Counted from the first letter of the stretch, positions 26,024 to 36,290 are shown. The stretch is DNA of 64,000 nucleotides from an uncultured Fimbriimonadaceae bacterium (GCA_964576205.1 CAZNUL010000011.1:756-64755); one strand, 5' to 3'. Program-made: numbers and translations. Notes: generated by a model from the sequence alone, not told the origin.

Positions 26024-26494
26024 ATGAGTGGACTGAGTCACGTAAGGGAGGATGGAAGTCCGAGGATGGTCGATGTCTCCGGAAAGAAACCGACGGTTCG
26101 GCGGGCCCTCGCGGAGGGCTTTGTCAAGCTCAAACCGGCTCACTTAGGGGCTCTTGACGGTTTGCCAAAGGGAGATGCGATCACAGTAGCCCAGATCGCG
26201 GGGATTCAGGGCGGGAAGCGCTGCTCGGAATTGATTCCCCTCTGTCATCCGATCCCACTTACTCATCTCGATGTGCGGATTGCGCGCGAAAGGGACGGTC
26301 TGAGGATCGAAGCGGAGGCGCGAACGGAAGATCGAACAGGCGTCGAGATGGAGGCCTATACAGCCGTTGTCGTAGCGGCGATCACCTTGATCGACATGCT
26401 GAAGGGGGTCGACCCGGACCTTGAGATCACGCGAGTCAGGCTGCTTGATAAGACCGGAGGTAAGGCGGATTGGAAGCGCGAATCGGTGTCGTAA
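26024..26494 (+). CDS. moaC: Cyclic pyranopterin monophosphate synthase
   Basis: MVDVSGKKPTVRRA..., CSELIPLCHP and VEMEAYTA match MoaC. Confidence 0.9.
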   Translation: MSGLSHVREDGSPRMVDVSGKKPTVRRALAEGFVKLKPAHLGALDGLPKGDAITVAQIAGIQGGKRCSELIPLCHPIPLTHLDVRIARERDGLRIEAEARTEDRTGVEMEAYTAVVVAAITLIDMLKGVDPDLEITRVRLLDKTGGKADWKRESVS

Positions 26495-26952
26495 CCGTCA
26501 GTGACTCGCGATCCACCGGCGAGTTCGAAGACCTGAGCGGGCCGGCGGTCATCGAAGCATTGCGGGCGCTAGGCTATTCCCTATTCTCGACCGACATCGT
26601 CCCAGATGAGGTCGATCCGATCCGAGCCGCAATCATGCGCATGGTCCCGGTCTGTCAAGCAGTTCTTACGACCGGAGGAACCGGATTCACACCTCGCGAC
26701 GTGACGCCGGAGGCAACGGCTCTACTGCTGGAGCGGCGAGCGGAGAACATCAGCGAGCTTATACGCCTTCGCGGGCTGGAGAACACGCCGCTCAGCCACC
26801 TGAGCCGGGGCGTCGCCGGGGTGATCGGCTCGACCCTTGTTGTCAACTTGCCAGGGTCGCCCAAGGGCGCCAAGGAGGGAATTGAGGCGATCGCGCCTCT
26901 TCTCGAGCCCATTCTATCGGCGCTGGCCGGCGAGGGTTGTCCTCATTCGTGA
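26470..26952 (+). CDS. moaB: Molybdenum cofactor biosynthesis protein B / Mog-type adenylyltransferase
   Basis: IGVVTVSD... and TTGGTGFTPRDVTPEA motifs. TTG start with an upstream GGAGG; the gene overlaps the moaC end. Confidence 0.8.
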   Translation: MEARIGVVTVSDSRSTGEFEDLSGPAVIEALRALGYSLFSTDIVPDEVDPIRAAIMRMVPVCQAVLTTGGTGFTPRDVTPEATALLLERRAENISELIRLRGLENTPLSHLSRGVAGVIGSTLVVNLPGSPKGAKEGIEAIAPLLEPILSALAGEGCPHS

Positions 26953-26989
26953 TGACCCAAACCAGAACCTAGTGGGAGTTGCTCCCAAG

Positions 26990-28030
26990 TTAGCGCTTGC
27001 GACGCCAGAGGATACCGATGTCCCTGCCTCCCTCGCCTCCCCCGTAGCCGACAACATCGCCTTGGTCGTCCACCGCAGTAGCAACTGACCATACGAAAGG
27101 ATTTCCATCGATCAAGACCCCTTGCAGAAACGAATGGAGGTTTACGCAGGATTCGGCACTGCCGCGCCAAACCAGACCCGCCTGCTTGCCCAACCGAGTG
27201 CCAGTGCCTACCTGAAATCGGCCCGCTGCTCCGTTTGCCTCGCTTGAGTCGAACCCGATCGGATGAAGGTCAGTGTATTTCGCCGTGCCGCGCCAAAGCA
27301 GCGCGTGGTTTACACCGCTCGTGGCCGCTCCTCTTCCCCACCCGACTTGGCACCCGCTGGCCGCTCCCCGGGCAGTCGATGTCAGAAACCCAGTCGGGTT
27401 CAGATCGATGGCGGTTCGAGCCAGACCCTTCCAAAAGAGGGCGTGAGTCAACCCATCCCATCCTGGTCTGATGCCATCGCCGGCAAGTCCGTCCGCGGAC
27501 ACAGCCCAGGCGGTGGATTGTGAGAATCCGGGGGGATTGAGGTCGATACCGCTCTCCGGGGAACCTCGCCAAAGGAAAGCATGAGGCTTGGTCCCCTCAT
27601 CGACTGTGTTTCCCCTTCCTTGTCTTCCTCCGTAACGTCCTCCCCCCATTCCCGGCCCCCAACCCTTGTTCAAATCCACCCGCTTGCCCCGAACCCCCAT
27701 AACAGGCTCCCCCCGCGACTCACCAACCACCGAATCCCCAAAAGCCGCGTTAGCCTTCGCCTCATCGAGGCTTAGCTCAGTCGGTCTACTCGAGCCATTG
27801 GTCCACTCCAGAGGGGAAAGGTCCTCGCCTCCTGCCGTTGAAGTGCCCGTTCCCGTTCCATTCCCGTAGCCAAACTCGTGGCCGGCGATGATGGCTGTCG
27901 CTCGAGAATAGTAGCGTTCATCCTTGGCGTCGAGAAGGATGACCGAGTAAAGGGGATGATCGTTGGAGTGCGCAGAACCTGCTGGCCCAATTAGGGTCCA
28001 GCCTGCTGCGAAAGCCAATAGCCACTTCAT
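26990..28030 (-). CDS. Secreted HAF-family extracellular repeat protein
   Basis: Signal peptide. Repeats of about 45 aa contain HAFLWRG, HALFWKG, HALLWRG, GLVWRG and GILWRR. Confidence 0.65.
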   Translation of the reverse strand: MKWLLAFAAGWTLIGPAGSAHSNDHPLYSVILLDAKDERYYSRATAIIAGHEFGYGNGTGTGTSTAGGEDLSPLEWTNGSSRPTELSLDEAKANAAFGDSVVGESRGEPVMGVRGKRVDLNKGWGPGMGGGRYGGRQGRGNTVDEGTKPHAFLWRGSPESGIDLNPPGFSQSTAWAVSADGLAGDGIRPGWDGLTHALFWKGLARTAIDLNPTGFLTSTARGAASGCQVGWGRGAATSGVNHALLWRGTAKYTDLHPIGFDSSEANGAAGRFQVGTGTRLGKQAGLVWRGSAESCVNLHSFLQGVLIDGNPFVWSVATAVDDQGDVVGYGGGEGGRDIGILWRRKR

Positions 28031-28063
28031 GCCACAAGTATCCGGCGAGACCGGTCCATCATC

Positions 28064-29122
28064 CTAACCGCCGATCTGGCTCATCCCTCGACCGACAACC
28101 TTTTGGCCCTCAGCAAGATAGTGCCTTTCAGGCTTATGCGCAACGAGATACTCGAATAGGTTTGCTAGCTCGCGATCCGTGGCTCCCGCTCGCATGGGCG
28201 TTCGCATGTCCAGTTCGCCGTCCGACATCAGGCAGGGCCTGAGGAAGCCGTCGTGGGTCAGGCGGATCCGGTTGCACTGAGAGCAGAAGTCGTTCGTGAT
28301 CTGGCTGATGAAGCCGACCGTTCCAAGGGAGCCGCGCAATCGAAAGCTCCGAGCCGGACCATTCGTTCGGATCTCGGCTCGTTCGAGCTCACCCACCTCC
28401 GATTCGATTCGGCCTTTCGCCGCTTCCATCGAGAGGAACATGCGCCGCATTTGCGAATCGCTGAGCATGTCTCCGGCAGTTTGTTTAAGCTGGACCATCC
28501 CGGAAACGCAACCCGGCGTGTATGACGGCCCCTCGTCAAGATTCCAGCGCATCGGCATCAGCTCGATGAACCGGACGTGGAGCTCGCGATCCAGGCTCAG
28601 CCGCGCGAAGTCGGCGACCTCGTCGTCGTTCACCCCCTTCATCAGCACACAGTTGACCTTGACGGGACTCAGACCAGCATCGAAGGCGGCGTCGATCCCC
28701 CCTAAAACACGGTCGAGCGAGCCGCGCCGGGCGATGGCCGTGAATCGCTCCGGCTTCAGCGTATCGAGGCTCACGTTGACCCGATGCAGACCGGATCGGG
28801 CGAGCCGGCACGCAAGCTCTTCGAGCATAAAGCCGTTCGTCGTGCAGGATAGATCGGCGATGCCCGGGATGGCGGCGATCTCTTTGACGAGATCGGGCAG
28901 CTCTTTGCGCAGAAGTGGCTCGCCGCCGGTCAGCCGCACTTTTGTGATTCCCAATTCGGCGCCGATACGAACGAGCCTCGCGATCTCCTCGAAGGTTAGA
29001 TTCTCGTTCTTCGGCGTGGCGGGGAAGCCCTGCTCCGGCATGCAATAGACGCAGCGGAAATTGCATCGATCGGTGATCGAGACTCTCAGATAGTCGATGC
29101 GCCGGTTGAAGGGGTCGGTCAT
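28064..29122 (-). CDS. moaA: GTP 3',8-cyclase (radical SAM)
   Basis: YLRVSITDRCNFRCVYCMPE cluster. Start chosen at MTDPFNRR. The track's TTG at 29182 would translate the heptamer array, and neither start has a clear SD. Confidence 0.85.
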   Translation of the reverse strand: MTDPFNRRIDYLRVSITDRCNFRCVYCMPEQGFPATPKNENLTFEEIARLVRIGAELGITKVRLTGGEPLLRKELPDLVKEIAAIPGIADLSCTTNGFMLEELACRLARSGLHRVNVSLDTLKPERFTAIARRGSLDRVLGGIDAAFDAGLSPVKVNCVLMKGVNDDEVADFARLSLDRELHVRFIELMPMRWNLDEGPSYTPGCVSGMVQLKQTAGDMLSDSQMRRMFLSMEAAKGRIESEVGELERAEIRTNGPARSFRLRGSLGTVGFISQITNDFCSQCNRIRLTHDGFLRPCLMSDGELDMRTPMRAGATDRELANLFEYLVAHKPERHYLAEGQKVVGRGMSQIGG

Positions 29123-29124
29123 TA

Positions 29125-29159
29125 GATTGACGATTGACGATTGACGATTGACGATTGCG
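29125..29159. repeat. Tandem heptamer array, unit GATTGAC (5 units; GTCAATC on the moaA sense strand)
   Basis: GATTGAC x4 plus GATTGCG, beginning 3 nt upstream of the preferred moaA ATG. Confidence 0.95.
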
Positions 29160-29323
29160 GGTCGCGTCTCATTCAACGCCAAAGCCGCCGGTTCAATCTC
29201 TTCTACAGTCTAGAACGTTTCCGAAGCCGCAAGCCTGCTTGGCTTTCCAGTTCAAGTTGAGGAAGTGCTTCAGAGAGAGGATCCTCGCCGTTAGCCTCGG
29301 AGGGCAAAGGCCCAGGGGGCAAG

Positions 29324-29908
29324 TCACGGTTTGGACTCGGCGGCGTCGACCCTATTGGGCCAAGCAAAGACTCCTTGACCCTCCATCCAACGAAGAGTCG
29401 CTCTCACCTCCTCTCGTCGAGAACCGTGGCGGAGCCTCCCGTGATCCCTGACAAGCGTTGGGTTGCCTGAACCGAGAACGAGGGCAATGCAAGCTGGAGC
29501 AATTAAGAGGCTCGCCAACATGCTCACTTCGTGCCATCGAAAGGTGGAACGGAGCATAGTCCTCCTTGTCTCTAGATTGGCGGCATACCCTTCGAAGTCT
29601 CCAGCCCGGAAGCAAGCTCGGGCCGCCTTTAACGTTGGATCGCGAAGGACTCTAATAACCGTGAAGCCGAGGCCGCCGAGGAATGTGGCGACGGCGGCAA
29701 GCGACACTAACCAAACGAGGAAGCCGCCCGGAGTAACGAGGAAGGTGGTTAGCAGTGCGTAGACAGCTCCGCCGATCCAAAGATTAACAGTCGCGGCCAG
29801 AGCGAAGAACAGGAGAACCGTCGGACGAAGAGCAACCTCGCGAAAGAGGCCGCCGAACTGACTCCAGGTCGCTCCCTTTCGCCAAAGGCTCCTTTCCGTT
29901 GTCGCCAC
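29324..29908 (-). CDS. Hypothetical integral membrane protein
   Basis: 3-4 hydrophobic helices and no recognisable motif. It lies upstream of moaA on the same strand. Confidence 0.5.
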   Translation of the reverse strand: MATTERSLWRKGATWSQFGGLFREVALRPTVLLFFALAATVNLWIGGAVYALLTTFLVTPGGFLVWLVSLAAVATFLGGLGFTVIRVLRDPTLKAARACFRAGDFEGYAANLETRRTMLRSTFRWHEVSMLASLLIAPACIALVLGSGNPTLVRDHGRLRHGSRREEVRATLRWMEGQGVFAWPNRVDAAESKP

Positions 29909-29973
29909 ACCCCAAGTATATGAGAAGGGCAGAGAACGCGAGTACTCGTTCTTCGCACAGGTAAAACGAGGCA

Positions 29974-32688
29974 GTGAATAGCTTTAGCGCCAAGGCGACC
30001 CTCAGCTGCGGCGGAACAGACTACACCATTTACCGCCTGGACGCCCTCGAGAAATTTGGCGTCGAAACCAGCAGACTTCCCTACTGTCTCCGCGTTCTCC
30101 TCGAGAACCTGCTTCGGACCGAAGACGGCATTTCCGTCACTTCCGCCGACATTCTCGCCCTTGGTGGCTGGGAACCGCATGCCGACCCCAGCGAAGAGAT
30201 CTCATTCACGCCGGCTCGCGTCCTACTGCAGGACTTTACGGGAGTGCCCTGCGTCGTCGACCTCGCCGCGATGCGCGAAGCCATGGCAAAGCTGGGAGGC
30301 GATGCAAAAAAGATCAACCCGTTGCAGCCGGTGGAACTCGTTATCGATCACTCGGTGCAGGTCGATGCATACGGCAGCGATGCGGCTCTTCTGATCAACC
30401 GCGACTTCGAATACGATCGCAACAAGGAACGCTACGAATTTCTTAAGTGGGGTCAGATGGCCCTCGACAACTTCCGGGTCGTCCCCCCCAATACCGGCAT
30501 CGTCCATCAAGTCAACCTGGAACACCTCGCGCGGGTGACTTTCGTAAACGCGGAAAACGTCGCCTATCCCGACACTTTGGTCGGTACCGACAGTCACACG
30601 ACGATGATTAACGGCCTTGGCGTTTTGGGCTGGGGAGTCGGCGGGATCGAGGCCGAGGCCGCGATGCTGGGTCAGCCGGTGACGATGCTCATTCCCCAGG
30701 TCGTCGGGTTCAAGCTGACGGGAAAACTGAAGGAAGGCTCGACCGGCACCGACCTCGTCCTCACGGTTACCGAGATGCTGCGAAAGAAAGGAGTGGTCGG
30801 CAAGTTTGTCGAGTTCTATGGACCGGGCGTCGCCACTCTACCCCTCGCCGACCGGGCGACGATCGGCAACATGGCGCCCGAGTACGGGGCGACCTGCGGC
30901 ATCTTCCCAGTCGACCGGGAAACGCTCAACTATATGCGGCTGACCGGACGTTCCGAATCGCAGATCGAACTCACGGGGGCGTACTACCGCGAGCAAGGGA
31001 TGTTCCTCGAGGAAGGATCGCCGGAGGCCGAATATAGCGACACCCTGGAACTCGATCTCGCTACGGTTGAGCCGTCGATCGCGGGACCGAAGCGGCCACA
31101 GGATCGCCTTCGCTTGAGTGAAGCTCGTGAGAACTTCCATCGTAGCTTCCCGGATGCCACCCACAGCCCATCAGCCCATCAGCCCATCAGTTCATCCGCC
31201 GGGAGTGTGGCCTTATTGGAGGCGCCAACTCAGGCCGAAACGGAAGCCAACGCGGCTGCGGACAAGGTCGGCGACGGCTCCGTCGTCGTCGCTGCGATCA
31301 CAAGCTGCACGAACACATCGAACCCTTCGCTGATGCTGGCCGCCGGCCTTGTCGCCAAGAAGGCGATCGAGAAAGGGCTCGACACCAAACCGTGGGTCAA
31401 GACCTCGCTTGCGCCGGGCTCGCGCGTCGCGACCGACATGTTCAATAAGACGGGCTTGATGAAGTACCTCGAACAGCTCGGATTCAACGTGGTTGGTTAC
31501 GGCTGCACGACCTGCATCGGCAACTCGGGCCCGTTGCCACAGGCGATCTCGCACCGGGTCAACGAAGAGAGCCTCGTCGTATGCAGCGTTCTGAGCGGCA
31601 ACCGCAACTTCGAAGGACGCATCAACCAGGATGTCAAGGCGAATTACCTGATGTCGCCGCCGCTCGTCGTGGCCTATGCTCTGGCCGGGACGATCGATAT
31701 CGACCTCACCCACGATCCTGTCGGCATCGGGAAAGACGGCCGGGTGATCTTTCTGAGAGAGATTTGGCCGACCCAACAGGAGATCGCCGATGTTCTTGCC
31801 CAAGGTGTCAAGCGCGAGCTCTACGTCGACAATTACGCGGACGTGTTCAAGGGCGACGATAAGTGGAACGCAATCAAGGTATCGGGAACCGACCAGTTCA
31901 AATGGGATGGGGCATCGACTTACGTTAAGAATCCGCCGTACTTCGACGGCATGCCTGCCAAAGCGCCGAAAGGAGTTAGCGATCTTTCGGAAATGCGGTG
32001 CCTTGCCCTTCTTGGCGACAGTGTGACCACCGACCACATCTCGCCAGCCGGATCGATCAAGCTGAATTCACCCGCCGGTCAATACTTGACCGAACACGGA
32101 GTCGCACCCGCGATGTTCAACAGCTATGGGTCGAGGCGCGGCAACCACGAGGTTATGGTGCGAGGCACGTTCGCGAATATCCGTCTTCGGAATCAGATGG
32201 CCCCGGGAACGGAAGGCGGATTCACGGTTTACCTGCCGACCGGCGAGGTGACGACGATTTTCGAAGCGGCCGAGAAGTATCGACAGGACGGGACGCCCCT
32301 CATCGTGCTCGCGGGCAAAGAGTATGGAACGGGCTCCAGTCGCGACTGGGCGGCCAAAGGCACTTTCATGCTCGGAATCAAGGCCGTCATCGCCCAGAGC
32401 TTTGAGCGGATCCACCGCTCGAACCTCATCGGGATGGGTGTCCTCCCCCTGGAGTTCGTGGACGGTGAAAGCGCCTCAGAGCTCAAACTAACCGGTAGAG
32501 AGACTTTCAGGCTCGACGGTCTAAGCGAAGCCGTCGAAATCGATTTTCGTAACGGCAAGGTCCTGGAAATGCTGGCCGACGACAAATGGTTCAATGTCCG
32601 GGTCCGGATCGACACCCCGCAGGAGCTGCAGTATTACAAGAACGGTGGAATCCTGCAGTATGTGCTGCGCCAGTTGCTTGCGTCCTAA
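29974..32688 (+). CDS. acnA: Aconitate hydratase A
   Basis: Fe-S cluster ligand motifs [10 protein letters not shown] and [10 protein letters not shown]; 904 aa. Confidence 0.95.
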   Translation: MNSFSAKATLSCGGTDYTIYRLDALEKFGVETSRLPYCLRVLLENLLRTEDGISVTSADILALGGWEPHADPSEEISFTPARVLLQDFTGVPCVVDLAAMREAMAKLGGDAKKINPLQPVELVIDHSVQVDAYGSDAALLINRDFEYDRNKERYEFLKWGQMALDNFRVVPPNTGIVHQVNLEHLARVTFVNAENVAYPDTLVGTDSHTTMINGLGVLGWGVGGIEAEAAMLGQPVTMLIPQVVGFKLTGKLKEGSTGTDLVLTVTEMLRKKGVVGKFVEFYGPGVATLPLADRATIGNMAPEYGATCGIFPVDRETLNYMRLTGRSESQIELTGAYYREQGMFLEEGSPEAEYSDTLELDLATVEPSIAGPKRPQDRLRLSEARENFHRSFPDATHSPSAHQPISSSAGSVALLEAPTQAETEANAAADKVGDGSVVVAAITSCTNTSNPSLMLAAGLVAKKAIEKGLDTKPWVKTSLAPGSRVATDMFNKTGLMKYLEQLGFNVVGYGCTTCIGNSGPLPQAISHRVNEESLVVCSVLSGNRNFEGRINQDVKANYLMSPPLVVAYALAGTIDIDLTHDPVGIGKDGRVIFLREIWPTQQEIADVLAQGVKRELYVDNYADVFKGDDKWNAIKVSGTDQFKWDGASTYVKNPPYFDGMPAKAPKGVSDLSEMRCLALLGDSVTTDHISPAGSIKLNSPAGQYLTEHGVAPAMFNSYGSRRGNHEVMVRGTFANIRLRNQMAPGTEGGFTVYLPTGEVTTIFEAAEKYRQDGTPLIVLAGKEYGTGSSRDWAAKGTFMLGIKAVIAQSFERIHRSNLIGMGVLPLEFVDGESASELKLTGRETFRLDGLSEAVEIDFRNGKVLEMLADDKWFNVRVRIDTPQELQYYKNGGILQYVLRQLLAS
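31164..31195. repeat. Tandem octamer array, unit CAGCCCAT (3 perfect and 1 degenerate), in frame inside acnA
   Basis: Read directly. The array encodes part of [11 protein letters not shown] in a linker segment of aconitase. Confidence 0.9.
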
Positions 32689-32740
32689 CCCGCAATGAGG
32701 TTAAGCGAAAGGCGCCGACGCCGTCACACACTAACATCCG

Positions 32741-33601
32741 ATGAAGCTCCGTGTCTACTGCCCGGCCAAGGTCAACCTCTATCTGGCGGTTGGACCGCGT
32801 GATCGGCGGGGATACCATCCGCTACGCACGGTCTTCCAGGCGGTTGGGCTTTACGACCTTCTCGATATCACGTTCGGGGAAGTGCGGAACGAACCAGCGA
32901 TCGAGGTCGCCGGGGCCGACTTGCCGGCAGAAAACACGATTTCGAGAGCTTTGAGGCTTAGTCGCGAAATCTTCGCGATCCAGCCTGCACAGGTTCGCCT
33001 GGAGAAACGCATTCCCATGGAAAGCGGCCTTGGGGGCGGCAGCTCGGATGCGGCCGGGGTCCTGCGGGCGCTGAGGCGGGCCAACATCCAACAAACCACG
33101 ACTCATCACGAGCTCGAAAGCGTCGCGTCGGCAATTGGCGCCGACGTACCGTTCTTCCTGACAGGCGGGCGCGCCCTTGGAGAGGGTTATGGCGACAAGG
33201 TCACCCCGATGCCCGATCCGTCGGACGAGTGGTTTGTGATCGCAATGCCGGAACGCGGCTGTTCGACCGCGGACATGTACAGCCGGCTGGACCTTGCCAC
33301 CAGAATGCCCTCCGCCGATGTCGGCCGGTGGGATGAGCCATTCGTCGGAGATCCAAACGGGCTGCCCCTTTACAATGATTTCGAGGCGGTCGCACCCGAT
33401 GAGTGCCTGGACTTGATTGAGCGGCTTCGCGAGCTTGGCGCCGAGGGCGCCGCGCTTTCGGGCTCCGGCTCGGCTGTCTTCGGTTGCTTTGGTGACGAGA
33501 AATCGGCCCAACAAGCCAAGAAGCAGTTGTCGAGCGACGCCGAATCCTGGGTTGCGAAATCGCTGACCAGGACCGAATCCCTTCGCGTCGAAACCCGCTA
33601 G
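32741..33601 (+). CDS. ispE: 4-diphosphocytidyl-2-C-methyl-D-erythritol kinase
   Basis: N-terminal CPAKVNLYLAV and the GHMP kinase motif PMESGLGGGSSDAAG. Confidence 0.9.
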   Translation: MKLRVYCPAKVNLYLAVGPRDRRGYHPLRTVFQAVGLYDLLDITFGEVRNEPAIEVAGADLPAENTISRALRLSREIFAIQPAQVRLEKRIPMESGLGGGSSDAAGVLRALRRANIQQTTTHHELESVASAIGADVPFFLTGGRALGEGYGDKVTPMPDPSDEWFVIAMPERGCSTADMYSRLDLATRMPSADVGRWDEPFVGDPNGLPLYNDFEAVAPDECLDLIERLRELGAEGAALSGSGSAVFGCFGDEKSAQQAKKQLSSDAESWVAKSLTRTESLRVETR

Positions 33602-33619
33602 GCCGGCCGTACGAGACGT

Positions 33620-34615
33620 CTAACCTTTCAGCCGTGCGAGAGCGGCGTCGACGGCGCCGGTTCCGGTCGCCGCGACATCGGGGGTCAGGGGATGTCCTTC
33701 GAGCCGATGGCCATCGTGAGAAACGTAGTCCCCAACCGGGAACTGCATTCGGAAGCCGTAAGAGAGCCGCCCGAACGTCGACACGAGCACAGCTCCCATG
33801 GTCTTCGAGCCAACGATCGGGCTGCTACGCTCTTCATGGAGGGCGTTTGCGACGATTTCGGCGGCGCTTGCCGACCCGCCATCCACGAGAACGGCAACCT
33901 TCCCCTTGAACGGCTCGAGGTCGCTGCTGGCCGTCTTGAACTCTCGGTGGGCCCACGCGGCGATTGCTATAGGATCGCTTCCGCTGCCGTTTTCTTTCGA
34001 GTAAGCGGTAGCCATCCGTCGCGAGACGAACGTGCCGATCGGCGTCCCCGATGGCATCAACAATCCAAGGAAATGGCGCATGTTCTCGACTTCGCCACCT
34101 GGATCGCCTCGAAGGTCGACCACGAGATTCTTCGCGTTTTTCGCTTGGTCGAAAAGCCCAGAAACGACATCGGGATCGTAGTCGGATTCGAAATCTGGGA
34201 TCCGGATCAAGGCCGAGTCATCGTCGATCCATTTGAGCTCGGGCTTGCGCGCGAATCGACGACCCTGCGCTTCCGACATCAATGTTTGGACATTGGAATC
34301 CACGCCTTCTCCACCCCAATGCCGACGCATCCCGCCGGGCAGAAGTTGTATGTGGCTGAGTCCAAACTGTCGGAGCGCGCCGTTGACGACGTCGGCGAAT
34401 TCGCGCGGGGTTTCGGCATTTTCGAGCCCGTCCTTTCTGCTGTCGACGAACGTGCGCCACTTGCCAAGATCGACACCGGGCACAAAGGCTTCCTGAGAGA
34501 GCACCTGGTCCATCTCGTCCAGGACCTGGTCCTTTTGATCCTTCGTGAATTGGGCGAAAGCGGAGGCCGCGACAAGGAGCGCCGCGAGAATACTGGTCAG
34601 CCTCGTTAGTGTCAT
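33620..34615 (-). CDS. S41-family (C-terminal processing type) peptidase
   Basis: Signal peptide and the catalytic region VAVLVDGGSASAAEIVANAL. Confidence 0.75.
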   Translation of the reverse strand: MTLTRLTSILAALLVAASAFAQFTKDQKDQVLDEMDQVLSQEAFVPGVDLGKWRTFVDSRKDGLENAETPREFADVVNGALRQFGLSHIQLLPGGMRRHWGGEGVDSNVQTLMSEAQGRRFARKPELKWIDDDSALIRIPDFESDYDPDVVSGLFDQAKNAKNLVVDLRGDPGGEVENMRHFLGLLMPSGTPIGTFVSRRMATAYSKENGSGSDPIAIAAWAHREFKTASSDLEPFKGKVAVLVDGGSASAAEIVANALHEERSSPIVGSKTMGAVLVSTFGRLSYGFRMQFPVGDYVSHDGHRLEGHPLTPDVAATGTGAVDAALARLKG

Positions 34616-34737
34616 GCTGGTTAGTACGCCGGACTAGCGCCCCGGGTGGCCGCCTTGAGGCGGCCGCCCTCAATTTGAGAGATATCTTATCGATTCTTCA
34701 AGGCAAGCCGATTAATGCATATGGCAGTATTGAAACC

Positions 34738-35388
34738 ATGTGGCACCGCGCGGTTTTCGTTATCGTCGTCGCCTTGACCGTCATTGGCTGCAACCAGGCG
34801 GCAAACAATACAAGGGTTGGAGACGCACCGAGGACCGAAACCGCGTCCCCGAGCGGCTGGAAGGAGATCAAGACCTCGGGATTTGCGATTTCTTTTCCCA
34901 GTGATTGGACAGCGATCGACCTTGCCGCGAAGGACGTCAAGAAGGCCGTGAACGATGCCTTCGGCAAGGACCCGGCCAACGCGGCGATCTCGAGTCAAGT
35001 CGACCAAGTACTTCAAAACCACTCGATCAAGCTGATGGTGTTCTCGCCTAAGAACTCAGAACCCGGCTTTCGGCCCAATTGCAACGTGATCATTCTCGAT
35101 GCGCCGGCCGGCATCAAGTTCGACGACATCGTAGCGCAAAACGTGGCGCAGCTTAAAACAATGGTGGGCAACGACGACCCGCAACTCTCTTACGTCGACG
35201 CCCCAGTTGGTAAGGTCGCCAAAATCGTCTACCACTTAAAATCTCAGACGACTGCCGACCCGGTTACAACCGGATACATCGCCCTAAAGGGTCAGACCAT
35301 GGCTGTCATTACTTTTGCAACAACCAAGAACGATACAGAGATGGACAAGATCTCGGATCAGTCGGTCAAGACTTTCCGCATCGACTAA
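34738..35388 (+). CDS. Hypothetical lipoprotein
   Basis: Lipobox VIGC in MWHRAVFVIVVALTVIGCNQ. The track's upstream extension from 34609 was discarded. Confidence 0.55.
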   Translation: MWHRAVFVIVVALTVIGCNQAANNTRVGDAPRTETASPSGWKEIKTSGFAISFPSDWTAIDLAAKDVKKAVNDAFGKDPANAAISSQVDQVLQNHSIKLMVFSPKNSEPGFRPNCNVIILDAPAGIKFDDIVAQNVAQLKTMVGNDDPQLSYVDAPVGKVAKIVYHLKSQTTADPVTTGYIALKGQTMAVITFATTKNDTEMDKISDQSVKTFRID

Positions 35389-35429
35389 ACTCAAAATGAT
35401 GACAACGCGATACTTCGCATCTAGGAGGC

Positions 35430-36263
35430 ATGGCTAGAGAACCTGGCCATTTCCAACCAACTCTTCACTTTGGAACGGAGCGCCGCGCGCGCGACTTCCA
35501 GTCGACCGCTCAGGCGATCGGGGAGCTTCTCGACCGGCAGAGCCGAGAACGTATCGGTCTGTTCTGGGCCGAAGGTTGCCGTTCCTTCTTTAGCGCATTG
35601 GAGTCTGGATGGACCGTTCATTCGGTCGTCTTTTGCCCAAAACTGCTGCGAAGCGCCACCGCCTGGCACGTTCTGGCAAGAATCCGGCCGCGCACACAGG
35701 TCCTCCGGCTCGCCCCTGACGAGTTCAGAACGTTATCGCGCCGCGTGGAGCCGGATGGGATCGGCATCCTATGCGAGCAGCGCTGGAGCCCCCTTATCCA
35801 GGAGCGAGCCGGGTCTGGCGACGTTTGGGTTGCCCTCGACGGGGTTAGAACGCCGGGAAACCTTGGGACGATCCTGCGTACCTGTGCGGCCGCGGGCGCA
35901 AGAGGCGTCATGCTCATTGGCGGGGATGCAGACCCCTACGATCCAGCCGCGATCAGGGCGAGCATGGGCGCCGTCTTCAAGGTGCCTTTGATTCGGACGA
36001 GCGCGAAAGCACTGGCCGGGTGGAAGAGCCGCCGAGCCGTCACGTTTATCGGCACTTCGCCGGCCGCTTCGCGCGACTATCGTCAACCAACCTACCGAAC
36101 CCCGCTGGTATTGATGATGGGGGGCGAGCGATCCGGGCTTCGTGAGCGCCAACTAGCCCTGTGCGATGAAATCGTGAGCCTGCCGATGACACGTCAAGTC
36201 GATTCCCTGAACCTGGCGGTCGCGACCAGCGTGATGCTCTACGAAGTGCTCGGCTGCCGCTGA
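35430..36263 (+). CDS. TrmH/SpoU-family RNA 2'-O-methyltransferase
   Basis: SPOUT motifs GNLGTILRTCAAAG, LVLMMGGERSGL and SLNLAVATSVMLYE. Confidence 0.8.
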   Translation: MAREPGHFQPTLHFGTERRARDFQSTAQAIGELLDRQSRERIGLFWAEGCRSFFSALESGWTVHSVVFCPKLLRSATAWHVLARIRPRTQVLRLAPDEFRTLSRRVEPDGIGILCEQRWSPLIQERAGSGDVWVALDGVRTPGNLGTILRTCAAAGARGVMLIGGDADPYDPAAIRASMGAVFKVPLIRTSAKALAGWKSRRAVTFIGTSPAASRDYRQPTYRTPLVLMMGGERSGLRERQLALCDEIVSLPMTRQVDSLNLAVATSVMLYEVLGCR

Positions 36264-36290
36264 TGCGCCGTCGGAACCAAGCTTGCCGAG

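Noticed and set aside
29160-29323. Moco riboswitch in the ~200-nt leader upstream of moaA, and likewise upstream of moeA at 22716-22889.
   Set aside because: I could not fold a convincing multi-stem aptamer by hand. The few resemblances (CUGGAAAG, CCUCCGAG) are too weak and are misplaced relative to the start codon. An Rfam cmsearch with the Moco_RNA_motif model would settle this; a significant hit would overturn the rejection.
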